Virus record (IMG/VR): IMGVR_UViG_3300030060_003579
Location: 1 to 32,056 of that record
Source: a virus
Lineage: Duplodnaviria; Caudoviricetes
Strand: one strand, 5' to 3'
Length of the DNA stretch: 32,056 bases
Shown: positions 15,078 to 25,066 of the stretch, piece by piece
Position numbering within the stretch: position 1 is the first letter of the stretch
Layout: each line of letters begins with the position of its first letter
Made by a program: the position numbers and the translations under genes
Notes under the pieces: model-generated
Told to the model about the DNA's origin: nothing
The model's database searches: none
Seen by the model: the letters and a program-made list of their open reading frames with translations, nothing else

Positions 15078-16116
15078 TAGCACTGATCAGGAAGTTCAGA
15101 CAGCAGATGAGCCAAAAACACCCACATTAAAAGAAACATTGGAAGCAGCGGTAAAAGGGGAAGATAGTTTACCTGAAGCACCTGCTGAAAAAATGGAAGA
15201 GGTGCAAAGGGAAGATGAGCAGACAGAAGAGACAACTGAGGAACAGGTAGAAGAAAAAGAAGCACCTGTGTTAGAAGAACTGACTGCACCAAAGCATTGG
15301 CCAAAAGAAGAACAGGAAATATTTAATGCATGGGATGCAAACGTACAGCATCAGGTCATGGGCCGTTATAGAGAGATGGAAGGTGACTATACAAAAAAGA
15401 CACAGGCATTATCAAAGTATAAAAAACGCAATGAAGCGTTAGATGAGATTTATGGCCCTTTTAAAGATGATTTCCAAAGGGCAGGAATGGATGAAGTCGC
15501 AGCAACAAGACAGTTACTGGCGGCACACAAATATTTGAGGGAAGACCCACAGCAAGCACTTAAATGGCTTGCTAAGTCTTATGGTGTTGATCTTACAGCA
15601 GTCAATGATGACACAGCTATAGAGGATGAATACGTTGACCCACAAATGAAAGCAATGCAACAGCAGATTGCTCAGTTGCAAGGCACAATACAAACTCAAC
15701 AGCAACAAGCACAGAATATGCAGAAGCAGGAAGTGCAGACACTGATTGACAACTTTCAGACAGCGAAAGATGAAGATGGTAATTTAAAGCATCCGCATTT
15801 TGAAACTGTACAGAATCAGATGGCAGCTTTAGTTGCCTCTAGACAGGCGAAAGATATTGCAGAGGCTTATGATATGGCAGTCTTTGCAAACCCTGAAACA
15901 AGAGCAAAAGTTCTTGAAGAGCAGGCTAAACAAAAAGAAGAAAAGGCCAAGAAAGAGACTCAGCAGGAGGTGAAAGCCGAAGCAGTCCAAAAGGCTAAAA
16001 AGCAGCAGAGGGTAAATGTCAAAGGCAGTGGCACTCCAAGTAATTCAGCAGTTCCAAGTGGTATGAGTTTGAACGAAACAATTAAATTTTCAATGAAACA
16101 ACTACAAAAGGGGTAA
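15058..16116 (+). CDS. Capsid scaffolding protein
   Basis: Acidic E/Q-rich helical protein just upstream of the major capsid gene. Confidence 0.8.
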   Translation: MEAQQIDSTDQEVQTADEPKTPTLKETLEAAVKGEDSLPEAPAEKMEEVQREDEQTEETTEEQVEEKEAPVLEELTAPKHWPKEEQEIFNAWDANVQHQVMGRYREMEGDYTKKTQALSKYKKRNEALDEIYGPFKDDFQRAGMDEVAATRQLLAAHKYLREDPQQALKWLAKSYGVDLTAVNDDTAIEDEYVDPQMKAMQQQIAQLQGTIQTQQQQAQNMQKQEVQTLIDNFQTAKDEDGNLKHPHFETVQNQMAALVASRQAKDIAEAYDMAVFANPETRAKVLEEQAKQKEEKAKKETQQEVKAEAVQKAKKQQRVNVKGSGTPSNSAVPSGMSLNETIKFSMKQLQKG

Positions 16117-16119
16117 ATT

Positions 16120-17061
16120 ATGGCAAGTCCAAATTTGTCAGAAATTATTACTACCACCTTGCGTAACAGGTCAAGAAGCCTGGCTGATAACGTATCAAAT
16201 CACAATCCTCTTCTTAACAGAATGAGAGAGCGTGGTAATATGACACTTATCACAGGGCGAGACATAGTGCGTGAGTTGGAGTATGCAGATAATGGTACTG
16301 TTGCTTTCTACAACGGCTATGAAGTATTAGATACTTCACCTGCTGACGTATTAAGTTCAGCCGTTTACGATTATAAACAGCTTGCAGGAAACGTAACAGT
16401 TTCAGGCTTAGAGCAAATAAAAAATAGTGGCGAACAAGCCATCATTAATCTTTTAGAAGCAAGAATAGGAAACCTTGAGCGATCAATGGAAAACTCTCTT
16501 GCAACTTCTCTGTTCAGCGATGGAACAGGCACAAGTTCTAAGGAGATTGGTGGCTTACAGTTAGTTGTTGCTGATGCAGGAACAGGAACTGTTGGTGGTA
16601 TTAACTCATCAACTTTTACGTTTTGGCAGAACAAGCAAACAACAGCAACTAGTAGTGCGTTTAGTACCACTAACATACAGGCAGATATGAATAATATTTA
16701 TATTCAGCTTGTTAGAGGCACAGATGCACCTGACTTAGTTGTAGCAGGTTCAACACCTTATACAACTTTCCTAGCCACTCTACAGACTCTGCAAAGAGTA
16801 GCAGATAGTAGATTAGCCGATCTTGGCTTTACAGCAGTTAAGTATCTTAACTCAGATGTTGTCTATGACAGCAACTGTGCAGCAAGCAGAATGTACTTTC
16901 TCAATACAAATTACTTGAGATTAGAAACTGCGGCTAATAGAGACTTTGTTCCAGGTGAAGCTAAGGAATCCATCAATCAAGATGCCACTGTAGTGCCAAT
17001 GTTTTGGTCAGGTAATTTAACCTGCTCTAACAGAAGCTTGCAGGGTGTACTACATACTTAG
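16120..17061 (+). CDS. Major capsid protein
   Basis: 313 aa; ITTTLRNRSRSLADNVSNHN..GGLQ..WQN..GNLTCSNRSLQG; position after scaffold. Confidence 0.9.
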   Translation: MASPNLSEIITTTLRNRSRSLADNVSNHNPLLNRMRERGNMTLITGRDIVRELEYADNGTVAFYNGYEVLDTSPADVLSSAVYDYKQLAGNVTVSGLEQIKNSGEQAIINLLEARIGNLERSMENSLATSLFSDGTGTSSKEIGGLQLVVADAGTGTVGGINSSTFTFWQNKQTTATSSAFSTTNIQADMNNIYIQLVRGTDAPDLVVAGSTPYTTFLATLQTLQRVADSRLADLGFTAVKYLNSDVVYDSNCAASRMYFLNTNYLRLETAANRDFVPGEAKESINQDATVVPMFWSGNLTCSNRSLQGVLHT

Positions 17062-17070
17062 GAGGGTAGA

Positions 17071-17538
17071 ATGAGTTTCGCACCAGTATTAGGTATTGAC
17101 GTAACTTCAGTCAGTGATACGGCTGAGTTTTTATTAGGTCAGCATGGAGCGGTAGTTGGTTCTCCGACTAAGCTTTATAAGTATGTACAGTATGACACAG
17201 GTTCAGCAGGAGCAGCAGCCGTAGCAGGTGAGGTTTCATATTATTACACATTAGATGGGTACAAAAATAATGTTGTGACGAGTGATCTCTCTGACTCAGT
17301 TGAGATTGGAGCAGGTGTTCTTCAAGCTGTGATGACTGATGGGCAATTTGGTTGGATTCAGATTTCAGGCCCTGCCACATTGACTATTGCATTAACCGCA
17401 GGAGCAGATGGTGACCCATTAACTCCAACAGGTTCTGCTGATGGTACATTAGATGTTAGTGCTGATGTTACAGATAACGTCTGTGCAATCGCAGGCGATA
17501 TATCTGACAAGGAAATTATTTGCACATTTCCTTTATAG
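17071..17538 (+). CDS. Capsid decoration / cement protein (probable)
   Basis: G/A/D-rich beta protein with GQFGWIQISG, strong RBS, followed by a terminator. Confidence 0.65.
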   Translation: MSFAPVLGIDVTSVSDTAEFLLGQHGAVVGSPTKLYKYVQYDTGSAGAAAVAGEVSYYYTLDGYKNNVVTSDLSDSVEIGAGVLQAVMTDGQFGWIQISGPATLTIALTAGADGDPLTPTGSADGTLDVSADVTDNVCAIAGDISDKEIICTFPL

Positions 17539-17554
17539 CATACGCAAATCAACT

Positions 17555-17580
17555 AGGGGCAGGGCAACTTGCCCCTTTTT
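17555..17580 (+). terminator. Intrinsic terminator after the capsid genes
   Basis: AGGGGCAGG-GCAA-CTTGCCCCT-TTTT with a GNRA loop. Confidence 0.85.
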
Positions 17581-17597
17581 AACTTTATGGGGGAACT

Positions 17598-17987
17598 ATG
17601 AGAGTCCAGTTTTTTAAAAAAATGTTTAATGGTGAGATGCGTGATTTTGCAAGAATACCTGTAACAGATACAAAAGATATTTTAGAGACACCTGTTAGAG
17701 CAACAGATGTGCAACGCTTCCCAAAAGAGTGGGCAGAATTTAAGAAAAATGAAAACAAGAAAATCACTGGTACTTTACTTGATACATTGCCAGGCATTTC
17801 AGAGGATAAAAAAATTGAATTGGAACTTAAAGGTATTCAGACAATTGAGCAGTTGGATAAGGCAAAAAGTGCAATATTGCAAAGCATGGGTGATGTCTAT
17901 GTTTCACTGCAAAAAATCGCCCAACTTCATGTCAAAGCCAACAGTAAAAGCAGCACCAAAAACACACAAGAAAAGAAAGAAAAATAA
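17598..17987 (+). CDS. Hypothetical protein with HhH-like motif
   Basis: LLDTLPGIS..LELKGIQTIEQL. Confidence 0.7.
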   Translation: MRVQFFKKMFNGEMRDFARIPVTDTKDILETPVRATDVQRFPKEWAEFKKNENKKITGTLLDTLPGISEDKKIELELKGIQTIEQLDKAKSAILQSMGDVYVSLQKIAQLHVKANSKSSTKNTQEKKEK

Positions 17988-17990
17988 AAA

Positions 17991-18701
17991 ATGACTTTGC
18001 TTAGTATGTGCCAAAATGTAGCTGATTTCACAGGCTTTGAAAGGCCAACAACAGTTATTGACAATACAGACCCTATAGCAAGACAGTTATTAGCCCTTGC
18101 ACAAAGGGAAGGTAAGCAGTTAATGCGAGTAAGTGATTGGGCAATACTAAAAAAAGAACATACATTCTCAACATCAAATGGCACAGCAGCCTATGCCCTG
18201 CCAAGTGATTTTGACAGATTAGTTTTAGAAACATCCTACAACAGATCAGACAATGATATACTTACAGGCCCTATAACGAGTTCAGAATATCAGTTGGTCA
18301 ATCATGGAATGGCAACAACAGGCACAACAGAAAAATTTAGACTAAAAGCTGCATCAAATGCTTTAAAGTTTGAACTAGACCCAACACCATCATCAACACA
18401 GACTATTGGATTTGAATATGTATCAACACAGTTCTGTCAGTCATCAGGTGGGAGTGGGCAGGCTGCGTGGGCAGCAGATACAGATACAGGGATACTTGAT
18501 GAAACAACAATGGAAATGGGCATAACATGGCGGTTTAAAGCGGCTCATGGATTAGATTATGCAGAGGATTACAGGCAATACCAGTTAGAAGTCAGACAGG
18601 CGATTGCCCGAAATGGCTCTGCACCAATATTGCAGTTAGATGATGCAAGAAAACTTATAGTAGGGCCATATCAGACAGATGGTAATTATGGTATAAGTTA
18701 A
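17991..18701 (+). CDS. Head-tail adaptor protein
   Basis: MTLLSMCQ..YALPSDFDR..WRFKAAHGLDYAED; position before the nozzle gene. Confidence 0.75.
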   Translation: MTLLSMCQNVADFTGFERPTTVIDNTDPIARQLLALAQREGKQLMRVSDWAILKKEHTFSTSNGTAAYALPSDFDRLVLETSYNRSDNDILTGPITSSEYQLVNHGMATTGTTEKFRLKAASNALKFELDPTPSSTQTIGFEYVSTQFCQSSGGSGQAAWAADTDTGILDETTMEMGITWRFKAAHGLDYAEDYRQYQLEVRQAIARNGSAPILQLDDARKLIVGPYQTDGNYGIS

Positions 18702-20248
18702 TGCTGCAACCAATAAGAACAGCAAACAGATTTAGAGTTAAGTCTGTTTCAGTACCTGCTCCTGTGGGTGGTCTGAACAGTCGTGATTCAGTCGATAATA
18801 TGAAGCCTTTGGATGCAACTACTTTAATAAATATGTTTCCCACAATAGGCAAGATTACATTAAGAGATGGGTACACATCATTTTGCACAGGTGTAGGCAC
18901 AGGTGATGTTGAAACATTAGCTGAACATAATGCAGGTGATAACAGACAACTATTAGCAGTTGGTTCTAATGGCACATTGTATCAAATAAATACTGGTTCT
19001 GCTGTATCTAAAAAAACAGGGTTGTCAAATGGAAGATTTCAGACGGCTGCATTTAATGGCAGAACTTTGTTTGTTAATGGTACAGATACACCTTTTGCGT
19101 GGGATGGTTCATCTGCATCAAATCTGACAATAACACTATCTGACAGCACAAGTGCTGATAGCCTTAAAGGTGTTCATGTTCACAAAAACAGAGTTTATTA
19201 TTTTAGAGGTGATGAGCAGAAGTTTTATTACTCAGCCACAGTCGATACCTTTCAGGGAAATTTCACTCTGTTTAATTTAGGTTTGGTTGATAATATAGGC
19301 GGTAATCTTATTCAAATACAGACACTCACCATAGATGGCGGTGAAGGTACAGATGATCTTATAGCTTTTATCATGGATTCAGGAATTGTGCTTGTTTATT
19401 CAGGAGACAATCCAGGCTCAGGATTTGCCTTAAATGGTTCATTTAGAATTGCAGAGCCTGTCAATGAAATAAGGGGAGCAGCAAAGTTTGGCGGTGATGT
19501 AGCAGTCATAACATCAGAGGGTGTTGTGGCACTTTCTAAGGTATTTAACAGAGACAGGATAGGTACAAGAGCAACTGCATTATCTGAAAAGATAAGAGGC
19601 GATATAATTGCACAAGTCAAAGAAACAAAAACATCGACTGGTTGGCAGATTTTTATAGACCCTAAAGGTGATAAAATATTTATAAATTTTCCAACAGGAA
19701 GTTCTTCTGACTTATATAATCAGTTTGTATTTAACCCAATCATAAATGCGTGGTGTTTGTTTCAAAACATACCTGCAAGAGTTTGGGGGCAGTATAATGG
19801 TGATGTATTTTTTGGAGGTGCATCAGGCGTTGTTTATAAAATTACAGGTAATGCGGATGGATCAGATGCTATTGTGGGTGATGTAGCAACTGCATTTAAC
19901 TATTTTGGTGACAGAGGAAGTTTAAAAAAATTCAGTTCAGTAGCACCAATGTTAGAGGGTGTTGTCAGCAATATAAGTTTTTCGTTTGGTGTAGCAGTTG
20001 ACCATGAGCCAACAACATTGCTTGATTTGACAACTGCACAGTTTACAACAGATTTAGCTTCATGGGATGAGGCAGAGTGGGATCAGGAACATTGGGCGGA
20101 TGCTGAAGGCAGTGCCATAACACAAAGACGTAAAGCAACCAACAAGATAGGCAGAGCAATCTCGCTTAGAATAAAAATATCATCAAGCACACAACCTATA
20201 AGTTTTGTAAGTGCTAATTATCACATATTACCAGGAGGGCCGATTTAA
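18701..20248 (+). CDS. Tail nozzle / packaged-DNA stabilisation protein (P22 gp10-like)
   Basis: 515-aa beta-rich protein beginning PAPVGGLNSRDS. Confidence 0.75.
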   Translation: MLQPIRTANRFRVKSVSVPAPVGGLNSRDSVDNMKPLDATTLINMFPTIGKITLRDGYTSFCTGVGTGDVETLAEHNAGDNRQLLAVGSNGTLYQINTGSAVSKKTGLSNGRFQTAAFNGRTLFVNGTDTPFAWDGSSASNLTITLSDSTSADSLKGVHVHKNRVYYFRGDEQKFYYSATVDTFQGNFTLFNLGLVDNIGGNLIQIQTLTIDGGEGTDDLIAFIMDSGIVLVYSGDNPGSGFALNGSFRIAEPVNEIRGAAKFGGDVAVITSEGVVALSKVFNRDRIGTRATALSEKIRGDIIAQVKETKTSTGWQIFIDPKGDKIFINFPTGSSSDLYNQFVFNPIINAWCLFQNIPARVWGQYNGDVFFGGASGVVYKITGNADGSDAIVGDVATAFNYFGDRGSLKKFSSVAPMLEGVVSNISFSFGVAVDHEPTTLLDLTTAQFTTDLASWDEAEWDQEHWADAEGSAITQRRKATNKIGRAISLRIKISSSTQPISFVSANYHILPGGPI

Positions 20249-21057
20249 TGGCGTTTTCATCAGGAACATTCTCAAGATTACATGATTGGACAACTGATAG
20301 AGATGCAGGGATAAAAATATCTGCAAGCCGTACTGATGCTGAGTTTGATGGCATCGCTACTGGTTTAACAACCTGTATTCTAAAAGATGGAACTCAGACT
20401 TTAACTGCAGTGATACCTTTTACACTCGGTTTAAGTTTACCAACAGATAAAAAGGTTCAATTCAGAGATAGTAATATATATATTAATTCATCTACAGATG
20501 GACAATTAGATGCCGTAGCTGATACAGAAATTGAACTAACAGCACCAACTGTTGATATAGCAGCTTCAACAGCAGTTACCATAGCAACGCCATCATTGAT
20601 TATTACAGACAACACAACTGATGAGCCTATTGTGCAGATTAAAAACACACATAATGGCACAACGGCAGGTGAACTAAGGTTTGTCATGGATAAAGGTGCG
20701 GCAGGTGCAGATGGTGATGATCTTGGCACAATATCATTTTTTGGTGATGACTCAGGGCAAAATCAAACGGCATTTGCTAAAATAGTCGGTGAAGTTTCAG
20801 AGGCTGACGATACAGATGAAGCAGGTAAACTTTCCTTCTTTGTAGCAGAAAGTGATGGAACAAATACAGCATTGACAGCAGGTTTGGTTTTAGAAGGTGA
20901 ACACGCTACAGATGGTGAGATAGACGTTACAATAGGTGCAGGTTCAGCATCAACAACCACAGTTGCAGGTAATTTGGCTGTAACAGGGTCTTCATTAACA
21001 GTTAATGGTGTTCCTTTTAATGATGAAGCCACAGCATTAGCAATAGCATTAGGGTAA
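20248..21057 (+). CDS. Tail fibre/spike proximal protein
   Basis: N-terminal anchor (ISASRTDAEFDGIATGLTTCILKDGTQT), G/T/D-rich body, C-terminal ATALAIALG. Confidence 0.7.
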   Translation: MAFSSGTFSRLHDWTTDRDAGIKISASRTDAEFDGIATGLTTCILKDGTQTLTAVIPFTLGLSLPTDKKVQFRDSNIYINSSTDGQLDAVADTEIELTAPTVDIAASTAVTIATPSLIITDNTTDEPIVQIKNTHNGTTAGELRFVMDKGAAGADGDDLGTISFFGDDSGQNQTAFAKIVGEVSEADDTDEAGKLSFFVAESDGTNTALTAGLVLEGEHATDGEIDVTIGAGSASTTTVAGNLAVTGSSLTVNGVPFNDEATALAIALG

Positions 21058-21067
21058 GGAGAAAAAA

Positions 21068-21484
21068 ATGGCTAATCAATTTAGAGTTATGACATTTGCA
21101 GCAGAACCTGCAAGTACATCAGCAGGTAGTGAATATCATGTATATACAACTCCTTCTAGCACAACCACAGTCGTTATAGGTCTTATACTGACAAATATAC
21201 ATACTTCACAGGTAACAGCTAAAGTTCTACTTGAATCTGATACGACAGGTGATGCAACTTCTTCAGCAAGTCTTACAAACAATATAGGTGCAGGTACAGG
21301 TTCAGGAAGCAGTAATAACAACACTACTGCTGTATTATTAAATGGTGTACCCTTACCTGTTGGTGCAAGTTTAGAAGTATTGTCAGGAGGTAAAATAATT
21401 TTACAGCCTACAGATACAATTACAGTTTCATGCTCTGTCGCTGACAAATTATCAGGTGCATTAAGCATCATGGAAATAACATAA
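21068..21484 (+). CDS. Tail fibre-associated beta-sandwich protein
   Basis: VYTTPSSTTTVVIGLILTN..GGKIILQPTD..LSIMEIT. Confidence 0.65.
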   Translation: MANQFRVMTFAAEPASTSAGSEYHVYTTPSSTTTVVIGLILTNIHTSQVTAKVLLESDTTGDATSSASLTNNIGAGTGSGSSNNNTTAVLLNGVPLPVGASLEVLSGGKIILQPTDTITVSCSVADKLSGALSIMEIT

Positions 21485-21954
21485 TGAAAACACCTGAGTT
21501 TCAAGGCACACGTTTATGGGATAGATTATGTTGGGCAAAAGAAAACCTTAAACCTGTGAAAACAGATATAAGAGTTGTTTATGAAGACCCAAAAGAAATG
21601 GATAATCCTGCAAAAATATTAATACCTGACCCTAACTGGATGGCTTGTGCCTTAAATGGGGGAATCTTACCAAAAGTATGGGTCTATTGGGAACTGGCAA
21701 AGGATGAAGCACAACCTGATTTTGTAAAGCATACAAGGGGGTATTTGTTACATAATACTAAGCCTATTGATGCAATGACAGAAGAACAGGCAATAGAATA
21801 TTTAATTAAAAAAAATATACCTAAAAGAGTTTGGCAAACATGGGATGAAGGCAACAAACCTAAAATGATTATTTGTAGAACGCATCAACTGCCCAAGCAT
21901 AGACAATGGCGTAACGCCTGGCAAATTAGAAATGACATAGAATTAGCAGCATAA
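21484..21954 (+). CDS. Tail-module hypothetical protein
   Basis: AMTEEQAIEYLIKK..LP..RQWRNAW. Confidence 0.7.
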   Translation: MKTPEFQGTRLWDRLCWAKENLKPVKTDIRVVYEDPKEMDNPAKILIPDPNWMACALNGGILPKVWVYWELAKDEAQPDFVKHTRGYLLHNTKPIDAMTEEQAIEYLIKKNIPKRVWQTWDEGNKPKMIICRTHQLPKHRQWRNAWQIRNDIELAA

Positions 21955-21963
21955 GGAGATTAT

Positions 21964-22335
21964 ATGACAAGTTTTATTGAAGATAAGGATGGCAAAAAGA
22001 TTGATGCAGCAAGTGTAAAATCAAAACCATCTGACAGACATTTTAGAAATGCATGGGCTATTTCAGGTGATGTTATTGCAGAGGACATGACAAAAGCTAA
22101 AGAAATATTCAAAGACAAAATAAGGGAAGTTAGAAAGCCATTATTAGAAGCTGAGGATGTTGTCTATATGAAAGCATTAGAAGCAGATGATGCGACTGCC
22201 AAAACAAATTCAGTAAATAAAAAGAAAGCTTTGAGAGATGCACCTGCGGCAAAAGCAATTACAGATGCAAAAACTATAACTGAATTAAAAGCAGCATGGG
22301 ATACATCAGTATTAGGTGATAGCCCTTACGCATAG
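21964..22335 (+). CDS. Tail fibre assembly-like protein
   Basis: DRHFRNAW..KIREVRKPLLEAEDV..KKALRDAPA..ELKAAW. Confidence 0.65.
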   Translation: MTSFIEDKDGKKIDAASVKSKPSDRHFRNAWAISGDVIAEDMTKAKEIFKDKIREVRKPLLEAEDVVYMKALEADDATAKTNSVNKKKALRDAPAAKAITDAKTITELKAAWDTSVLGDSPYA

Positions 22336-22344
22336 GAGTAAATA

Positions 22345-22533
22345 ATGAGTGAAGTAAATCATATTGGCAAAACTGGTGAGCAGACAAGTTTTGAACCTAT
22401 TGTTAGACAGAATGAAAATGAAATTGTTAATACCTTAACTATTGATGCAACTAATAATGCAGTTTCAGCAGGGCCAATAACTATAGCAACAACAGCTACT
22501 GTTACAGTTAATGGTTATTGGAGTATTGTATGA
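22345..22533 (+). CDS. Small tail fibre subunit
   Basis: NAVSAGPITIATTATVTVNGYWSIV. Confidence 0.65.
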   Translation: MSEVNHIGKTGEQTSFEPIVRQNENEIVNTLTIDATNNAVSAGPITIATTATVTVNGYWSIV

Positions 22534-22934
22534 CAAGTCAGTTAAATGTAGATCAAATAACAGGTGTCTCAACAGCAGGTCAAATAACTGTAACACTTGA
22601 AAATAGTGAGAGTCAGATATTACAACAAGGGTTGGCTAAAGTTACTGCAAATATAACTTTATCAGGTACATCACAATCTGATGCTGCACTTAATATAAGT
22701 GGTGTAGTAGATGGTGGAGAAGGGTTAAATACAATTACTGTATCAAACGCATTTTCTGCAATTAAAGCTGCTGTTCCAAGTGTAACTATACATGATGGCA
22801 GTTATTCAAGAGGAATAAATATTGATGATGCCTCAGCTTCAGTTTTTATAACTAGAGCATTTGTTGCAGATAGTGGTGCATTAACAGACGATAATGTTGA
22901 CAATTCAGTTGTAATTCATGGAGATTTAGCATAA
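22530..22934 (+). CDS. Short tail fibre module, paralog 1
   Basis: MTSQLNVDQI..QQGLAK..GDLA; ATG 22530 overlaps the upstream stop. Confidence 0.7.
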   Translation: MTSQLNVDQITGVSTAGQITVTLENSESQILQQGLAKVTANITLSGTSQSDAALNISGVVDGGEGLNTITVSNAFSAIKAAVPSVTIHDGSYSRGINIDDASASVFITRAFVADSGALTDDNVDNSVVIHGDLA

Positions 22935-23473
22935 TGGCTAGTATATTAAAAGTAGATGCAGTGCAGACAACTGCAGGAAAACCAATAGTCAATAGCACTG
23001 GTTCTGTTTTGCAGGTAAAACAATCTGTTTTTCTTGGCACATTTACAACAGCAAGTACATCTTTTACTAATATAGTTGATGGTAGTAGTAATATTTTTCA
23101 GGTATTAATAACACCGACAGCAGTCACAAGCAAAATTTTAGTAATTGTTAATTGTTCTATTGCAGGAGGTGATGCAGGTAGTGGTATTACCCTTGTAAGA
23201 GATTCAACAGAAATTTTTAGAGGTGCTACAGATGGTTCTAAAAACAGATTTAGTCAGACTGGATTTTATGGAATAGATGAATCACAATACAGTCAAGGTG
23301 CAAATTGTATTGTATTTTTAGATGATCCTGACAGTACCTCAGAATTAACGTATAAAGTTCAGGCTAAAATTCGAGCAACAACATTATACATAGGAAGAAC
23401 TGTTTTTGATACAGACAATGATAATGCTTCAAGGCATCCTTCTTCTATTACAGTTATGGAGATTGCAGAATGA
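22934..23473 (+). CDS. Short tail fibre module
   Basis: MASILKVDAV..GSVLQV..ITPTAVTSKILV..LTYKVQ..SSITVMEI. Confidence 0.7.
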   Translation: MASILKVDAVQTTAGKPIVNSTGSVLQVKQSVFLGTFTTASTSFTNIVDGSSNIFQVLITPTAVTSKILVIVNCSIAGGDAGSGITLVRDSTEIFRGATDGSKNRFSQTGFYGIDESQYSQGANCIVFLDDPDSTSELTYKVQAKIRATTLYIGRTVFDTDNDNASRHPSSITVMEIAE

Positions 23474-23766
23474 CAGATATTATAAGTGCAATTCAAGCAT
23501 TAAAAGCAGATGCACAGGTAAGCGTTGGTGACGAAAATATTAAGGCTATAATTTGGCATGATGGCAACCCAACTAACATTACAGAAAAACAAATACTAGA
23601 TAAACAGGCAGAACTGAAAACAGCTTTTAATAATTTAAAATATCAGAGAGATAGAGCATCAGAGTACCCTGCCATCAAAGACCAATTAGATGACATATAT
23701 CACAATGGCATTGATGGTTGGAAAAAAACAATTAAAGCAGTAAAAGACAAATATCCAAAGGGTTAG
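23470..23766 (+). CDS. Tail fibre chaperone-like protein
   Basis: YQRDRASEYPAIKDQLDDIYH..IKAVKDKYPK. Confidence 0.65.
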   Translation: MTDIISAIQALKADAQVSVGDENIKAIIWHDGNPTNITEKQILDKQAELKTAFNNLKYQRDRASEYPAIKDQLDDIYHNGIDGWKKTIKAVKDKYPKG

Positions 23767-23769
23767 ATT

Positions 23770-24198
23770 ATGGCAAGCCAATTAAATGTAGATACAATAA
23801 AAGGAAAATCCACAGCAGGTTCTGTTAGTATTCAAGGTGAAGGAACAGCGACAACTAACTTGCAACAGGGATTGGCAAAGGCATGGACAACTATAGATGC
23901 TGATGCATCAACTGCTGATGCTTTAGATAGTTTTAATGAAGATTCCATAGATGATGATGGAGCAGGTAAATATGGTATTAATTTAACCAACAACATGGTC
24001 AATGTAATTTATTTTCAAGCTTGTAGCAGTTGTAATCATTCAACAAGTTCTGACCATCAAAGATACACTACTGGTGCATATTCTGGTGGAACAATGGATA
24101 GAGATAAAACTACTAGTAATGCCAAAATAGGATATTTCGGTTCAACTTATGCAGATACATTTGTGGTGGGAACTATAATAACTGGTGACTTAGCATGA
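23770..24198 (+). CDS. Short tail fibre module, paralog 2
   Basis: MASQLNVDTI..QQGLAKAW..GDLA. Confidence 0.7.
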   Translation: MASQLNVDTIKGKSTAGSVSIQGEGTATTNLQQGLAKAWTTIDADASTADALDSFNEDSIDDDGAGKYGINLTNNMVNVIYFQACSSCNHSTSSDHQRYTTGAYSGGTMDRDKTTSNAKIGYFGSTYADTFVVGTIITGDLA

Positions 24199-24395
24199 GT
24201 GTTATAAATATTGATAATAAAGAATATCAGATTGATAAATTATCACAAAAGGCTAAATCCTATGCTGAACACTGTCATGATTTAGATAAAAAAATCGTTA
24301 TTTTGGAAAAAGATTTAGAGCAGTTAATTACAGCAAAGAATACATATTACAATGCTTTAAAACAGGAACTTGATACACCACAAGCGGCAGAGTAA
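24195..24395 (+). CDS. Small coiled-coil protein
   Basis: INIDNKEYQIDKLS followed by a heptad pattern. Confidence 0.7.
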   Translation: MSVINIDNKEYQIDKLSQKAKSYAEHCHDLDKKIVILEKDLEQLITAKNTYYNALKQELDTPQAAE

Positions 24396-24592
24396 TGACT
24401 AGGAAATCTGTGCAGAATGTTGAGAGTGATTTGCGGTCACATGAAAGAGAATGTGAGGTACGCTATCAGTCTATTTTGTCACAGCTAGAAAAAATGGATA
24501 AAAGAATTTTTAGAATGGAAGGGCTTATATTAGCAAGCACAGTAACTGTCTTTGGCAGCGCTGCAAGTTTGTTCGCAATACTTCTTAATTAG
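24395..24592 (+). CDS. Small coiled-coil protein with C-terminal TM helix
   Basis: HERECEVRY..RMEGLILASTVTVFGSAASLFAILLN. Confidence 0.7.
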   Translation: MTRKSVQNVESDLRSHERECEVRYQSILSQLEKMDKRIFRMEGLILASTVTVFGSAASLFAILLN

Positions 24593-24604
24593 AAAGGTGA
24601 ACAA

Positions 24605-25066
24605 ATGCTTGTTGAACTTGCGGCTATTAATGCTGCCATAGGCACAATCAAAACTACTATTGCTCATGGGCATGATCTGTCCAAAGCGGCAAGTGCAATC
24701 GCAAAATTTGTAACTGCTGAAGAGGATATCAGGGAAAGAGCCAACGCAAAAAAGAACAGTATGTTTAGTAAGTTACTAGGCAAAGATACTGCTGATTTTG
24801 AAGAGTTTATTCATCTTGAAGAAATCTCCCAAAAAAAGGAGGAACTTAGAGAAATTTTGCAACTATATGGCAGACCTGGAATGTATAGTGACTGGATTAA
24901 ATATCAGACAGAAGCTAGAAAGCAAAGACAGAAAGCTAAAATAGAACAAAAAGAAGCCTTTGACCGCCTTATACGCAACATAATGATTTCAATATTAGTC
25001 ATTGTAATTATTGGAGGTTTATTGGTTGTTGCATGGTTTGCTTACTTTTTAAAAGGACAGCAATGA
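24605..25066 (+). CDS. Membrane-anchored helical protein
   Basis: C-terminal hydrophobic IMISILVIVIIGGLLVVAWFAYFL; AAGGTG RBS. Confidence 0.75.
   Translation: MLVELAAINAAIGTIKTTIAHGHDLSKAASAIAKFVTAEEDIRERANAKKNSMFSKLLGKDTADFEEFIHLEEISQKKEELREILQLYGRPGMYSDWIKYQTEARKQRQKAKIEQKEAFDRLIRNIMISILVIVIIGGLLVVAWFAYFLKGQQ

Noticed and set aside
22530-24198. Diversity-generating retroelement acting on the fibre paralogs
   Set aside because: No reverse transcriptase and no adenine-specific template/variable repeat pair seen.
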